From: an uncultured Clostridia bacterium
Lineage (GTDB): Bacteria; Bacillota; Clostridia; Christensenellales; CAAEEZ01
Length of the DNA: 64,000 bases
Direction of reading: 5' to 3'
Assembly: GCA_934365195.1 (NCBI GenBank)
Contig: CAKRNA010000001.1
Coordinates: forward strand, 95,301-159,300
Shown: positions 28,021-37,505 of the stretch, one piece after another
Layout: the number at the start of each line of letters is the position of its first letter
How positions within the stretch are numbered: position 1 is the first letter of the stretch
Notes under the pieces: model-generated
The model's input: the letters and a program-made list of their open reading frames with translations, nothing else
Databases searched by the model: none
What the model was told of the DNA's origin: nothing
Made by a program: the position numbers and the translations under genes

Positions 28021-28740
28021 CTATTTTACTGCCTTAAAAAACAGCCTTAAACTTCCTTTTTTATCCTTTTTCAAGTCCTCGCCGTAGGTTTCCACCTTGG
28101 AAAACTTACTTAGCAAGCCCAAAATATCCTCTTTTTCGTGGTAATACTGCTCGTGATTTTCCTCTTTTCTTTCGTACTTGCCGTCTTTATCCTTTTCAAA
28201 GAATACTAAATCCATATACACTTTTTTGTTTTCTTCGTCAAGTTCGTTTTGCCAAAAATAACTTAAATCGTCGTACTCTTCAAAAAACAAATTGTCGCCA
28301 AGCACTTCGGTTAGTTTTTTCTTACTGCTAACGTCGAATATTAGCACTCCGCCCTCTTTTAACATATCGTAGGCGTTTAAAATAGCACTCTTTACGCCCT
28401 CGTAATCAAGGTAATTAAACACGTCGCAAATAGCCACCACAAAATCAAACTTTTTGTCCAGCCTAAAAGTAGTAGCGTCCCCCTCCATAAACCTAATATC
28501 CAGCGCATTTTTAAGTGCGTTTTTGCTGGCAATATCCAGCATTTCGGGGCTACTATCCACCGCCGTCATATCAAATCCGTTTTGGCTTAGCATAAGGCTG
28601 ATTTTACCACTTCCCGTGCCAAGTTCCAGCCCTTTTTCTCCTTTTACGGCGTCAGTTATAAACGAAGCGATTTCATTGTAGTTGAAATCGCTCATTAACC
28701 TATCATAATATTTACTTAGTACCGAATACGATTCTCTCAT
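28021..28740 (-). CDS. Class I SAM-dependent methyltransferase
   Basis: 239 aa with the 'LELGTGSGKISL' motif I. Confidence 0.8.
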   Translation of the reverse strand: MRESYSVLSKYYDRLMSDFNYNEIASFITDAVKGEKGLELGTGSGKISLMLSQNGFDMTAVDSSPEMLDIASKNALKNALDIRFMEGDATTFRLDKKFDFVVAICDVFNYLDYEGVKSAILNAYDMLKEGGVLIFDVSSKKKLTEVLGDNLFFEEYDDLSYFWQNELDEENKKVYMDLVFFEKDKDGKYERKEENHEQYYHEKEDILGLLSKFSKVETYGEDLKKDKKGSLRLFFKAVK

Positions 28741-29810
28741 TTTTTATTACTCTTTTTCTTTTTCGGATTAACGTATTTTTGCGGTTGTTGTTTCTTTGGT
28801 TTGTTGGTTTTTACCGTTTCAGCCTTTGCCTCTTGAACAGGCGCTTTATCGTTTTTAGCCTTTCTTATTGCCTTTGCGCCCTCTTCACCAAGCATATCGT
28901 ACATAGGGTTTAGATATAGGTCGAAAGAATAGTTGCCGATTTGTAGGTTTGCCATAATATAGTACATAAAACCAAACATAAACATAATCATATATACTAA
29001 TATACCGAACATATTTACGTAAACAACTAGCAAAATAGGAGCAATAACTAGCACGGCAAAAGCCAAAGTAGGCAAGAAGTTTTCGATAGCCAAAATAAAC
29101 GAGTTTTTAATCATAGCCGAGAACTTCATCGTGTCGTAAGTAACTATTTGTGGAGCAAGTTGCAGTAAAACCAAGGTAAATAGCACCGCAAATAGCACGA
29201 CGAAAAATAGTATTGCGTACCAACCGCCCGTAACAAGACCGTAAACGTCTAATTTGTAGAACTGAATAAACGTAATAGCACAAGCGTACACGATAGCGCC
29301 AAGTAGCGTTGTAACTATCATCATTTTCCACCAGTACTTTTTAATGCCTTGTCCAAAAGCCTTTAAAATCTTGTACTCCTCGCCGTAAAACATCTTTCTT
29401 GCCACGTTCATAGCGCCTGCAAGACCTAAGCCCATAATAGTAAAGGCAGGGATAAGAAGCGCAAAGTAGAACGCATGTACGTCTAGCCTTGAAATTAGCG
29501 CTTGCTCAAGTTCGTTATTTAGCCCCGGGTGATAATCGATACCAAGCCCGCCTATAAAAAACTTAGCGTCGGATAGGTTTAGCATATATCCAAGCGCCCA
29601 TACGGTAAGCACCAAAAACGGTACGGCAAACAACGTGAACAAAAGGTTTACTTTCATAACGTCGTTCATTTTTGCCCTATACACTCTATTTAAGCCTGCA
29701 AACTTTCCGCCTGCGTGCCTTTCCTTAACTTCGGTTTGTCTGTTCTCCTTAGCAACGGTAAGGTACATAAACAAGGGTTTTCTTTCGTTAGTCTGGTTTT
29801 TACTAGCCAT
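28737..29810 (-). CDS. Polytopic membrane protein, DUF624/YesL-like, with Lys-rich C-terminal tail
   Basis: 357 aa. The 'VMKVNLLFTLFAVPFLVL' region resembles DUF624. Tail is '...PKKQQPQKYVNPKKKKSNKK'. AGGAG RBS. Confidence 0.4.
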   Translation of the reverse strand: MASKNQTNERKPLFMYLTVAKENRQTEVKERHAGGKFAGLNRVYRAKMNDVMKVNLLFTLFAVPFLVLTVWALGYMLNLSDAKFFIGGLGIDYHPGLNNELEQALISRLDVHAFYFALLIPAFTIMGLGLAGAMNVARKMFYGEEYKILKAFGQGIKKYWWKMMIVTTLLGAIVYACAITFIQFYKLDVYGLVTGGWYAILFFVVLFAVLFTLVLLQLAPQIVTYDTMKFSAMIKNSFILAIENFLPTLAFAVLVIAPILLVVYVNMFGILVYMIMFMFGFMYYIMANLQIGNYSFDLYLNPMYDMLGEEGAKAIRKAKNDKAPVQEAKAETVKTNKPKKQQPQKYVNPKKKKSNKK

Positions 29811-29906
29811 ATTTCTCCTAAATCCTTTATTTTTATAAATAATTATTTTCTCAACTACAATAATACAACAAAATCAAAAAAATATCAAATAATATATATC
29901 AAAAAT

Positions 29907-29935
29907 TTGACAAGTCGGGCTAATCATGTTAATAT
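29907..29935 (+). promoter_or_regulatory. Sigma-70-type promoter for the riboswitch-asd operon
   Basis: TTGACA (29907-29912), 17-nt spacer, TAATAT (29930-29935). Confidence 0.6.
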
Positions 29936-29954
29936 TAACCTAATCGAATAAAAT

Positions 29955-30110
29955 ATAGAGGCGCAATAAGCAAGAGTACGTAGCCGTTTTGAAGTAAGGC
30001 TAGGCTATGGAAAGGGCGTTATTGCCGAGGCTTTCAGCAATCTTACTATGCTGTCTGTCGGTTGGTATGGCTAAATCCATACGACTGTCATCACTTAGAT
30101 GGAGTACTAT
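29955..30110 (+). promoter_or_regulatory. Lysine riboswitch (L-box) aptamer
   Basis: Starts 'AGAGGCGC' and contains 'GAGTA', 'TTGCCGAGG' and 'ACTGTCA...GGAGTACT', matching conserved L-box blocks. It lies upstream of lysine/DAP pathway genes. Confidence 0.8.
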
Positions 30111-30128
30111 TATAATTGACAAATTTTT

Positions 30129-30154
30129 GGTGTTCCTTCCGGAACACCGTTTTT
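30129..30154 (+). terminator. Riboswitch expression-platform terminator
   Basis: GGTGTTCC-TTCC-GGAACACC followed by GTTTTT, 19 nt before the asd start. Confidence 0.8.
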
Positions 30155-30172
30155 AATATAAGGAGAGTAAGT

Positions 30173-31174
30173 ATGAAAAAATTTAAGGTTGCCGTTGTTG
30201 GCGCAACGGGAATGGTTGGAAACAAATTCTTGGAAGTATTAACCGAGAGAAATTTACCGGTTGAAGAGTATTATTTGTACGCTTCTAAAAAAAGTGCCGG
30301 TAAAGTAATTAACTTTATGGGAAAGGACCACGTCGTAATCGAACTTAACGAGGAAAACATTAAAAAGTATCCTGTTGACTTTGCTTTGTTCTCTGCCGGC
30401 GGCTCTACTTCCGGCGAATATGCTCCCGTTTTTGCTAAATGCGGCGCAACCGTAATAGATAACAGTAGTTTTTGGAGAATGCACGACGACGTTCCTCTTG
30501 TTGTTCCTGAGGTAAACCCTTCTGACGTTGACTGGAACCACGGCATTATCGCAAACCCTAACTGCTCTACTATCCAAGCAATGCTACCACTAAAAGCATT
30601 ACACGATAAGTACGGCATCAAAAGGGTTGTATTCTCTACCTACCAAGCAGTATCAGGCGCAGGTGTTGGAGGATTTAACGACTTAAAGAACGGCGTAGAG
30701 GGTATCGCTCCTCAAAAGTTCAACAAGCCTATCGCTTTTAACTGCCTACCTCAAATCGACGTGTTCGAGGCTGACGGCTACACCAAAGAAGAGCACAAAA
30801 TGATAAACGAAACCAGAAAGATTTTGGGCTTACCTAGTCTAAAAGTTACCGCAACCACCGTAAGAGTACCGGTATTTCATGGCCACTCTGAGTCGGTAAA
30901 CGTAGAGTTTGAAAGACCTTGTACTTTAGAGGGAATTAAAGAAACACTTGCTGCTTTCCCGGGAATTATCGTACAAGACGATATTAAAAATTGCGAGTAC
31001 CCTATGGCTATCACGGCAGAAGGACACGACGAAGTTTTCGTTGGCAGAATTAGGCTTGACGACAGCGTAGAAAGTGGATGTAACCTTTGGGTTGTAGCAG
31101 ATAATATTAGAAAAGGCGCTGCAACTAACGCAGTAGAAATAATGCAACTACTAATGGAGAAAGCCTCCAAATAG
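30173..31174 (+). CDS. asd: Aspartate-semialdehyde dehydrogenase
   Basis: Start at ATG 30173 (MKKFKVAVVGATGMVGNKF) with a GGAGAG RBS. 'NPNCSTIQ' is the active-site Cys block. Confidence 0.9.
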   Translation: MKKFKVAVVGATGMVGNKFLEVLTERNLPVEEYYLYASKKSAGKVINFMGKDHVVIELNEENIKKYPVDFALFSAGGSTSGEYAPVFAKCGATVIDNSSFWRMHDDVPLVVPEVNPSDVDWNHGIIANPNCSTIQAMLPLKALHDKYGIKRVVFSTYQAVSGAGVGGFNDLKNGVEGIAPQKFNKPIAFNCLPQIDVFEADGYTKEEHKMINETRKILGLPSLKVTATTVRVPVFHGHSESVNVEFERPCTLEGIKETLAAFPGIIVQDDIKNCEYPMAITAEGHDEVFVGRIRLDDSVESGCNLWVVADNIRKGAATNAVEIMQLLMEKASK

Positions 31175-31188
31175 TAAAGGACTAAATT

Positions 31189-32064
31189 ATGATTTTTGAA
31201 GGAGTCGGTACGGCTTTAATCACCCCGTTTAACGAAAACGGCGTAGACACACAAAGCCTTGAAAGAATTGTAAACGACCAAATAACCGCAGGCGTAAACG
31301 CACTTATCGTGTGCGGCACTACCGGTGAGCCTGCAACTATGACCGAACAAGAAAGAATAGAAACCGTAAAATGCGTGGTAGAAACCGTAGCAGGACGAGT
31401 ACCGGTTATTGCCGGCGCAGGTTCTAACTGCACGGCTACCTCTATTGCAACTTGCCAAAAATACGAGGCGCTTGGCGTGGACGGGCTACTAATCGTTACC
31501 CCGTACTACAACAAATGCACTCAAAAGGGCTTGTTTTTGCACTATGAGGCTATTGCAAAAAGCACGTCGCTGCCTATCATCGTTTATAACGTACCCGGAA
31601 GGACGGGCGTGAACATTCTACCTGAAACGCTAGACAAAATTGCCGATATTCCAAACGTTGTGGGAATTAAAGAGGCTAGCGGCAACCTAGAACAAGTACA
31701 AAAAATGCTTGACCTATGCAAAGACAGAATCGATATTTATTCCGGCGAGGACAGTTTGGCTGTGGAAATAGTAAAAATGGGCGGAAAAGGTTTAATCAGC
31801 GTGCTAAGTAACGTTGTGCCTTCCAAAACCGCAACTATGCTATCTCTTGCATTAAAGGGCGAGTACGAACTTGCCGACGCTCTTCAAAAAGACGTAAACC
31901 CACTAATCGACCAACTATTTATTGAAGTAAACCCTATCCCTGTTAAAAAAGCAATGGAACTTATGGGATACTGTAAAAACTATATTCGTTTGCCACTTAC
32001 CGAAATGGAAAGCGAGCATGCAAAAAACCTAAAAGAATTATTGATAAGGCAAGGAGTACTATGA
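31189..32064 (+). CDS. dapA: 4-hydroxy-tetrahydrodipicolinate synthase
   Basis: 291 aa with 'VCGTTGEPATMT' and 'YNVPGRTG'. Confidence 0.9.
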   Translation: MIFEGVGTALITPFNENGVDTQSLERIVNDQITAGVNALIVCGTTGEPATMTEQERIETVKCVVETVAGRVPVIAGAGSNCTATSIATCQKYEALGVDGLLIVTPYYNKCTQKGLFLHYEAIAKSTSLPIIVYNVPGRTGVNILPETLDKIADIPNVVGIKEASGNLEQVQKMLDLCKDRIDIYSGEDSLAVEIVKMGGKGLISVLSNVVPSKTATMLSLALKGEYELADALQKDVNPLIDQLFIEVNPIPVKKAMELMGYCKNYIRLPLTEMESEHAKNLKELLIRQGVL

Positions 32065-32828
32065 CAAAAATTATTTTAAGCGGAATAAGTGGAAAAATGG
32101 GCAGGGCAATATACAATCTTGCAAAAGACTCTAACAAATACGAAATCGTATGCGGGGTGGACGTAGCCCAAGCGCCTGACCTAGACGTACCCGTTTTTTC
32201 CAGTTTCGAATACGTAACGGGCATCGATGCGGACGTAATCGTGGACTTTTCAAGACCGTCTACTGTGGACACAATGCTACAATACGCACTAAAAACAAAA
32301 ACTAATATCGTAATTGCAACAACCGGTTACACCAGCGAAGATTTACTAAAAATCGTGAACGCTAGCAACGATATAGCAATATTCAAAGCAAGCAATATGA
32401 GTCTTGGCGTAAACCTAGTTGCAAATCTTGTAAAACAAGCGGCATCTTTTCTTGGAAAAGACTTCGACGTTGAGATTATCGAGCAACACCACAACCAAAA
32501 AATCGACGCTCCGAGCGGAACTGCTCTAACCCTTGCAAAAAAGGTGAACGAGGCGTTTGACGACAAGTACAAGATCATCGAAGGTAGAAGTGGCGCTAAC
32601 TGTAAGAGAAAGCACGACGAAATATCTATTAGTTCCGTTAGAGGCGGCACGATTGTTGGTAAGCACGACGTACTATTTATCGGCAACAACGAAACCGTTA
32701 CCATCTCGCACGAGGCAACCAGCAGAGATATCTTCGGAGCAGGCGCACTTAAAGCGGCAGCCTTTCTTGAAGATAAGGAGCACGGTGTATACGATATGGA
32801 CAACCTTATTGCCGATATGCTTGGCTAA
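32061..32828 (+). CDS. dapB: 4-hydroxy-tetrahydrodipicolinate reductase
   Basis: 255 aa with 'EQHHNQKIDAPSGTA'. ATGA overlap with dapA. Confidence 0.9.
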   Translation: MTKIILSGISGKMGRAIYNLAKDSNKYEIVCGVDVAQAPDLDVPVFSSFEYVTGIDADVIVDFSRPSTVDTMLQYALKTKTNIVIATTGYTSEDLLKIVNASNDIAIFKASNMSLGVNLVANLVKQAASFLGKDFDVEIIEQHHNQKIDAPSGTALTLAKKVNEAFDDKYKIIEGRSGANCKRKHDEISISSVRGGTIVGKHDVLFIGNNETVTISHEATSRDIFGAGALKAAAFLEDKEHGVYDMDNLIADMLG

Positions 32829-32852
32829 AGTAATTTAGTTATAAATAAGTAA

Positions 32853-32881
32853 GGACTTAATTAGTTTAAGTCCTTTTTTTA
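32853..32881 (+). terminator. Rho-independent terminator after dapB
   Basis: GGACTTAA-TTAGT-TTAAGTCC followed by T7. Confidence 0.85.
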
Positions 32882-33213
32882 TGGAATTTTCTTTAACCTC
32901 TTCCGCTCTATTTTCAATCTACTCCGTTTTACAAAAAACATAGTTGTTCTTCGTTGATTTTTATTATCTTCCTCGCATTTTTCTAACTTACTATATGCAA
33001 ATTAAATAAACACCTAAGTATGAGCGTTGGTGAATTTCGGCATTTTATTAAATTTATTTTGGCTATCAAAACGCACGATATTAGCATAAACGATACTTTA
33101 TGTGTGAGTTTTGATACTTTATATAATATATTTTGTCGTTTTAGAGCCTATTTGCTACTTTTATAATTTTAAGCAATATTTCCTTCTTTATTGTAAAATC
33201 CTACAAAAACCCA

Positions 33214-33244
33214 CAAAAAAAGTAACCAAATAGGCTTGGTTACT
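33214..33244 (-). terminator. Rho-independent terminator after the GH20 gene
   Basis: AGTAACCAA-ATAGGC-TTGGTTACT with an A7 run on the plus strand. Confidence 0.75.
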
Positions 33245-33317
33245 TTTAATCATATTCTTATTACTATAACGTTACGTTTTGTTAGTTTTTGCTAGTTTTG
33301 TAACTATCAACTACTTA

Positions 33318-34910
33318 CTACCTCATATTTTTATAGGTTTCGTACTCTTTTTGCGGCTTAAACATCATATCCGTTCCTGCATTTGAGTATCTAATTAGTG
33401 CGCTTAGTCCCGTTGGCTCGTACGCAGGCTTTGGAGCGTAAGATATATTTTTTTTATCCATATACTCGAAGATATGCTTTAATCTTGCTTCAAACTCTTC
33501 GTAGTCCTTGTTTTCAGCGTTCGTCCAGTTGATTTCAGCAAGGCTCATCATACGAGGGAATACTTGAAACTCTAATTTACCCTTATTGCCTACCCACTCA
33601 GACCAAAGCGGCGCTTCAAAGCCAAGTATTTGCTTTTCGTACTTTTTGTCTATGCCCACAAGTTCAAGGTCGGTTGAATAAGACTTTTTAAGTGGCTCAA
33701 AGCCATACAAATAGTCCATATACAAGTAGTTTTTGCTACTAATTATTACGTTATTACCCTTTTCCAGCCATTTATTTACGCCGTTAAGATTAGGACTGCC
33801 TAGCCATAATTGAACGATAGTTTTGTCCGAAACGCCTTCACCTTTCAATATTTCGTTCCAAGCAACCGTGCGTTTGCCGTATTTTTCAAGATGAGCGGCA
33901 ATCTTATTGTTAAAGAACGCTTGCAACTCTTGTTCGCTCTTTAATCCGTTTTCCATCATAGTTTGTTGGCACTTAGGACACTCTTTCCATTTGTCCTTTG
34001 GCGCTTCGTCACCGCCGATATGGAAGTAGCCCGACGGGAATACCTCGCTTAGTTCGTCGATTACGTCGTACACAAAATCGTAAAGTTCGTGCCTACCTGC
34101 GCAACCTATCGTCTTTCTAATGCCCCACTTGGTAGAAACTTCCACCTTTTCGTCAAAGCAAGAAAGTTCAGGATAGCAAGCAATAGCAGCGTACAAGTGC
34201 CCCGGCATATCTATCTCCGGGCAAATCTCTATGTACCTCTTTTTTGCGTACTCTACAATCTCTTTTAATTCCTCTTGGGTGTAGAAACAGCCCTTTCCGT
34301 ACTCGGTACTATCGTGTTTTGGTTTTTTTGATATTATGCCTTGCCAACTGATTTGAGTATTCTTTCTCGTTGTGCCCTTTTCGGTAAGTAGTGGATATTT
34401 TTTAATCTCCACACGCCAGCCTTGGTCGTCGGTTAAGTGCCAATGAAAGCGGTTTAACTTTAATAACGCCATCATATCCAGCATTTCCTTGGTTATTTCT
34501 TTTCCAAAGAAGTGCCTTGCCTCGTCTAGCATAAAACTACGGTACGAAAACCTCGGCTTATCCTTAATTTCCACGTGCGGAACGGTAAGCCCGCTTAGAC
34601 CAACAGAATTTTGTAATAAAATTTGCTTAAACGTTTGTAAGCCGTAAAAAGCGCCTTGGCTAGTAGATGCGAAAATATGAACGCCGCTACCGTCGATTAC
34701 AACCTCGTACTCTTCCTCGCTAAGCCCTGCCTTAACCTTAATAAATATATTTTCCGTGCCCGTTGCGTCGCCCTGCAAATTAAACTCTTGTAGTAATTCG
34801 TCCAGTAGCCAACTTACTTCGGCAAACTCATTTATCGCTTTACAATTTTTTAGTTCAAAATAACCTTCTTTTTGCAAAAGGTTATTAGGTTTTGGAATTA
34901 TTGAAATCAT
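33318..34910 (-). CDS. GH20 beta-N-acetylhexosaminidase
   Basis: Start at ATG 34910 (MISIIPKPNNL) with an AGAGG RBS. 'RFHWHLTDDQGWR' and 'HIGGDEAP' are GH20 catalytic blocks. No signal peptide is obvious. Confidence 0.85.
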   Translation of the reverse strand: MISIIPKPNNLLQKEGYFELKNCKAINEFAEVSWLLDELLQEFNLQGDATGTENIFIKVKAGLSEEEYEVVIDGSGVHIFASTSQGAFYGLQTFKQILLQNSVGLSGLTVPHVEIKDKPRFSYRSFMLDEARHFFGKEITKEMLDMMALLKLNRFHWHLTDDQGWRVEIKKYPLLTEKGTTRKNTQISWQGIISKKPKHDSTEYGKGCFYTQEELKEIVEYAKKRYIEICPEIDMPGHLYAAIACYPELSCFDEKVEVSTKWGIRKTIGCAGRHELYDFVYDVIDELSEVFPSGYFHIGGDEAPKDKWKECPKCQQTMMENGLKSEQELQAFFNNKIAAHLEKYGKRTVAWNEILKGEGVSDKTIVQLWLGSPNLNGVNKWLEKGNNVIISSKNYLYMDYLYGFEPLKKSYSTDLELVGIDKKYEKQILGFEAPLWSEWVGNKGKLEFQVFPRMMSLAEINWTNAENKDYEEFEARLKHIFEYMDKKNISYAPKPAYEPTGLSALIRYSNAGTDMMFKPQKEYETYKNMR

Positions 34911-35016
34911 ATTTACCTCTCTTGTTTTAATTATATAGCAAAAAATATTTTTAATCAATACCGAATTGACTTATATTGTTAAAAGTTATACAATTTACTT
35001 ATAAAAGGAGTTAAAA

Positions 35017-35850
35017 ATGAAGAGAGTAGATTACGTTTTTGACGGTTTAGACCTAGAAAAAGCATACAAAAGGACAAACGAACTTGCAATTTCCGCCCAT
35101 GAGGACGACGTGGAGTTTATGGCTTACGCCGGAATTAGCAAGTGTTTTAACAATAAAAATAGGTGGTTTTCGGCAGTAGTCGTTACCGACGGCGCAGGTA
35201 GTGCAAGAACCAACGATTACGCCTCTTACACCGACCAAGAAATGATAGAAGTTAGGATTAAGGAGCAAATCAAGGCAAGCCATATCGGTGAATACGGCTT
35301 TACGTCGCTACTTGGATATTCCAGCAAAGAGGTAAAGGACAAAACCAACGACAAAATCACGCTAGAACTAAAAGATATTTTGGAAAAAACCGAGCCTGAA
35401 ATCGTGTACACGCACAACCCTGCCGACAAACACGACACGCACGTGGCTACAATGCTAAAAGTAATTAAAGCAATCCGCTTGTTACCTATGGAAAAACGCC
35501 CTAAAAAAGTGCTTGGCTGCGAAGTTTGGAGGTGCTTGGACTGGGTGAACGACGAGGACAAAGTCACCCTTGACTGCTCGAAAAGTAGTAATCTTGAGGC
35601 TTCTTTGATGGGTGTATTCGACAGCCAAATTAGTGGCGGCAAGCGTTACGATGAGGCGGTAGTCGGCAGAAGAAGGGCAAACGCAACCTTTGGCGACGCT
35701 CACAGCGTGGACGAGTACACAGGCGTAAATTACGCAATCGACCTTACTCCTTTAACTTTGGACGACAGCCTATCAATCGTGGACTATATCAATAGTTATA
35801 TCGACCGCTTTAAAGCGCAAGTAACAAACACCCTTTCAAGACTTAACTAG
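35017..35850 (+). CDS. PIG-L/LmbE-family N-acetylglucosaminyl deacetylase
   Basis: 277 aa with 'SAHEDDVEF' (the AHPDDE-type block) and 'HNPADKHDTHVA'. Confidence 0.75.
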   Translation: MKRVDYVFDGLDLEKAYKRTNELAISAHEDDVEFMAYAGISKCFNNKNRWFSAVVVTDGAGSARTNDYASYTDQEMIEVRIKEQIKASHIGEYGFTSLLGYSSKEVKDKTNDKITLELKDILEKTEPEIVYTHNPADKHDTHVATMLKVIKAIRLLPMEKRPKKVLGCEVWRCLDWVNDEDKVTLDCSKSSNLEASLMGVFDSQISGGKRYDEAVVGRRRANATFGDAHSVDEYTGVNYAIDLTPLTLDDSLSIVDYINSYIDRFKAQVTNTLSRLN

Positions 35851-35996
35851 CAACTAGGCTTTATGACGAGCAAGCACCGTATTTTCGCTCTTCCATATAA
35901 GCGACATACGGGTTAATCGCTACTATTTAGCGCCGCTTTACCTGATAATAAGTAAAATCATTTTTGATTACTAACTAGCCTTAAACAAAACCGCAC

Positions 35997-36025
35997 AAAA
36001 AAACCACAACCGAAGTTGTGGTTTT
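35997..36025. terminator. Bidirectional hairpin terminator between convergent genes
   Basis: CCACAAC-CGAA-GTTGTGG flanked by A7 and TTTT. Confidence 0.75.
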
Positions 36026-36038
36026 ATTATTGTTTTGG

Positions 36039-37502
36039 TTATAGAGGTTTTCCTCTGTATAGGTCATATTTGTAAGGTACGTTGTAAGTGATAAATCCAA
36101 ACTCTTGGTCTCTATTTAACTCGTCAGCCGTAAAGCCGTAAGCCTTAGAATTTTCCGAGTGGAAAATAGAACCTGATTTGTTTATTTCAATCACTCTACC
36201 GCCACGTTGTACAACGTCCTTGTAAATACCCGGATAAGCAAGGTAGTCAACACTCATGCCGTAGGTTAGTTTTACACCTCTCATGCCCTCGCCGATGCCG
36301 TCCTTATCAAGTAGGTAAGACGAATTGTTCCTGTGGTCGTGTCCACAGAACACACCTGTCGTGCCGTTTTTAACCATCTTATCGTATAGGTCATTAGTAT
36401 AAGCAGAACCTAAAGCGCCTTTTCCGTGTTCACCTACGATACCGTCGCATAGGATAATCTTTTTATCAGGAGTCATAATGCCTTTATCAGGAGCACCTTG
36501 GTCAAGCCAAGACTCGAAAGTGGTTTTGAATTCGTTGATAGGAATATGGAAGTACATAGTAGATTTATTTACGCTACCAGGAGTTAAACCGTTCTTCTCG
36601 CAATAGTTATTGTACCATTCGATTTGGTCGTCGTGAATTTTGTCGTAATCCCATTTCATACCAAGTTTGTCTTTGTCGGTGTAAGAGTTAGAGTCCATCA
36701 TAAACATAGTATGTACAAGGCTGTGGTCTTGCGCCTCGATATTGATAGCGAAATTACCTACGCCAAACACATCTTTACCGGCGCCTGTTTTTGCCTTACG
36801 GTTAGTAAATAAGCAATGGTTAAATCCATTTTCGCCTTTTAAGTCAGCATAGAAAGCGCCGATATCTTCTCTGTCGTAAGAACTATATAGTTCGGTGTCG
36901 TGGTTACCAAACTCAAACGTCCAGTAAACGCCTAATCTTTCCATCAACGTTGCAAATATTCTTGCCTCTTTCTTGTTGTTCAAGGTTGCCGATTGGAAAA
37001 ATACCGGGTAAGCGATATCGCCGGTTACTGTTACAAGGTCCGGTTTTTCTTGCTTAATTAAATCTTCAACGGTTTTTACCGTCCACTTATCAGTTTGAAT
37101 AGCAAACGCTCCGCCGCCGATATGTATATCAGTTAGTTGTAACACCTTAAAGTTACGCCTTGAAAGTTCTCCGTCCTTGTCGTAGAAAGTAAAACAATCT
37201 TTTTCCTTGTTAAATTCAGGCTTCCCGTTTGCGTCAAGTACCGGCGTAATGCGGTTTACACCCGTATAGTCAACAGGCGTTACTTTGTTTACTTGTTCAA
37301 GCAAAGCGTCAGAGCCCACTTTCGTAACGATGCCCGTAATACCTAAAAATAGGAAAATTACGCTAAAAATACTTGTCCAAACGATAAGGTGAGTCCTCTT
37401 CTTCTTTAACTTTTGCTCACGTGTTAAAACTTTCTTTCCTTTTTTCTTAGTTGTTTTTTCGGCTACCTCAACCCCATCCATAGCCTTTTTTTCTCTTGCC
37501 AT
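36039..37502 (-). CDS. Membrane-anchored calcineurin-like metallophosphoesterase
   Basis: 487 aa with a Lys-rich N-terminus and one TM. Motifs 'LTDIHIGG', 'TGDIAYP', 'GNHD' and 'GHDHRNN'. Confidence 0.8.
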   Translation of the reverse strand: MAREKKAMDGVEVAEKTTKKKGKKVLTREQKLKKKRTHLIVWTSIFSVIFLFLGITGIVTKVGSDALLEQVNKVTPVDYTGVNRITPVLDANGKPEFNKEKDCFTFYDKDGELSRRNFKVLQLTDIHIGGGAFAIQTDKWTVKTVEDLIKQEKPDLVTVTGDIAYPVFFQSATLNNKKEARIFATLMERLGVYWTFEFGNHDTELYSSYDREDIGAFYADLKGENGFNHCLFTNRKAKTGAGKDVFGVGNFAINIEAQDHSLVHTMFMMDSNSYTDKDKLGMKWDYDKIHDDQIEWYNNYCEKNGLTPGSVNKSTMYFHIPINEFKTTFESWLDQGAPDKGIMTPDKKIILCDGIVGEHGKGALGSAYTNDLYDKMVKNGTTGVFCGHDHRNNSSYLLDKDGIGEGMRGVKLTYGMSVDYLAYPGIYKDVVQRGGRVIEINKSGSIFHSENSKAYGFTADELNRDQEFGFITYNVPYKYDLYRGKPL

Positions 37503-37505
37503 AAC

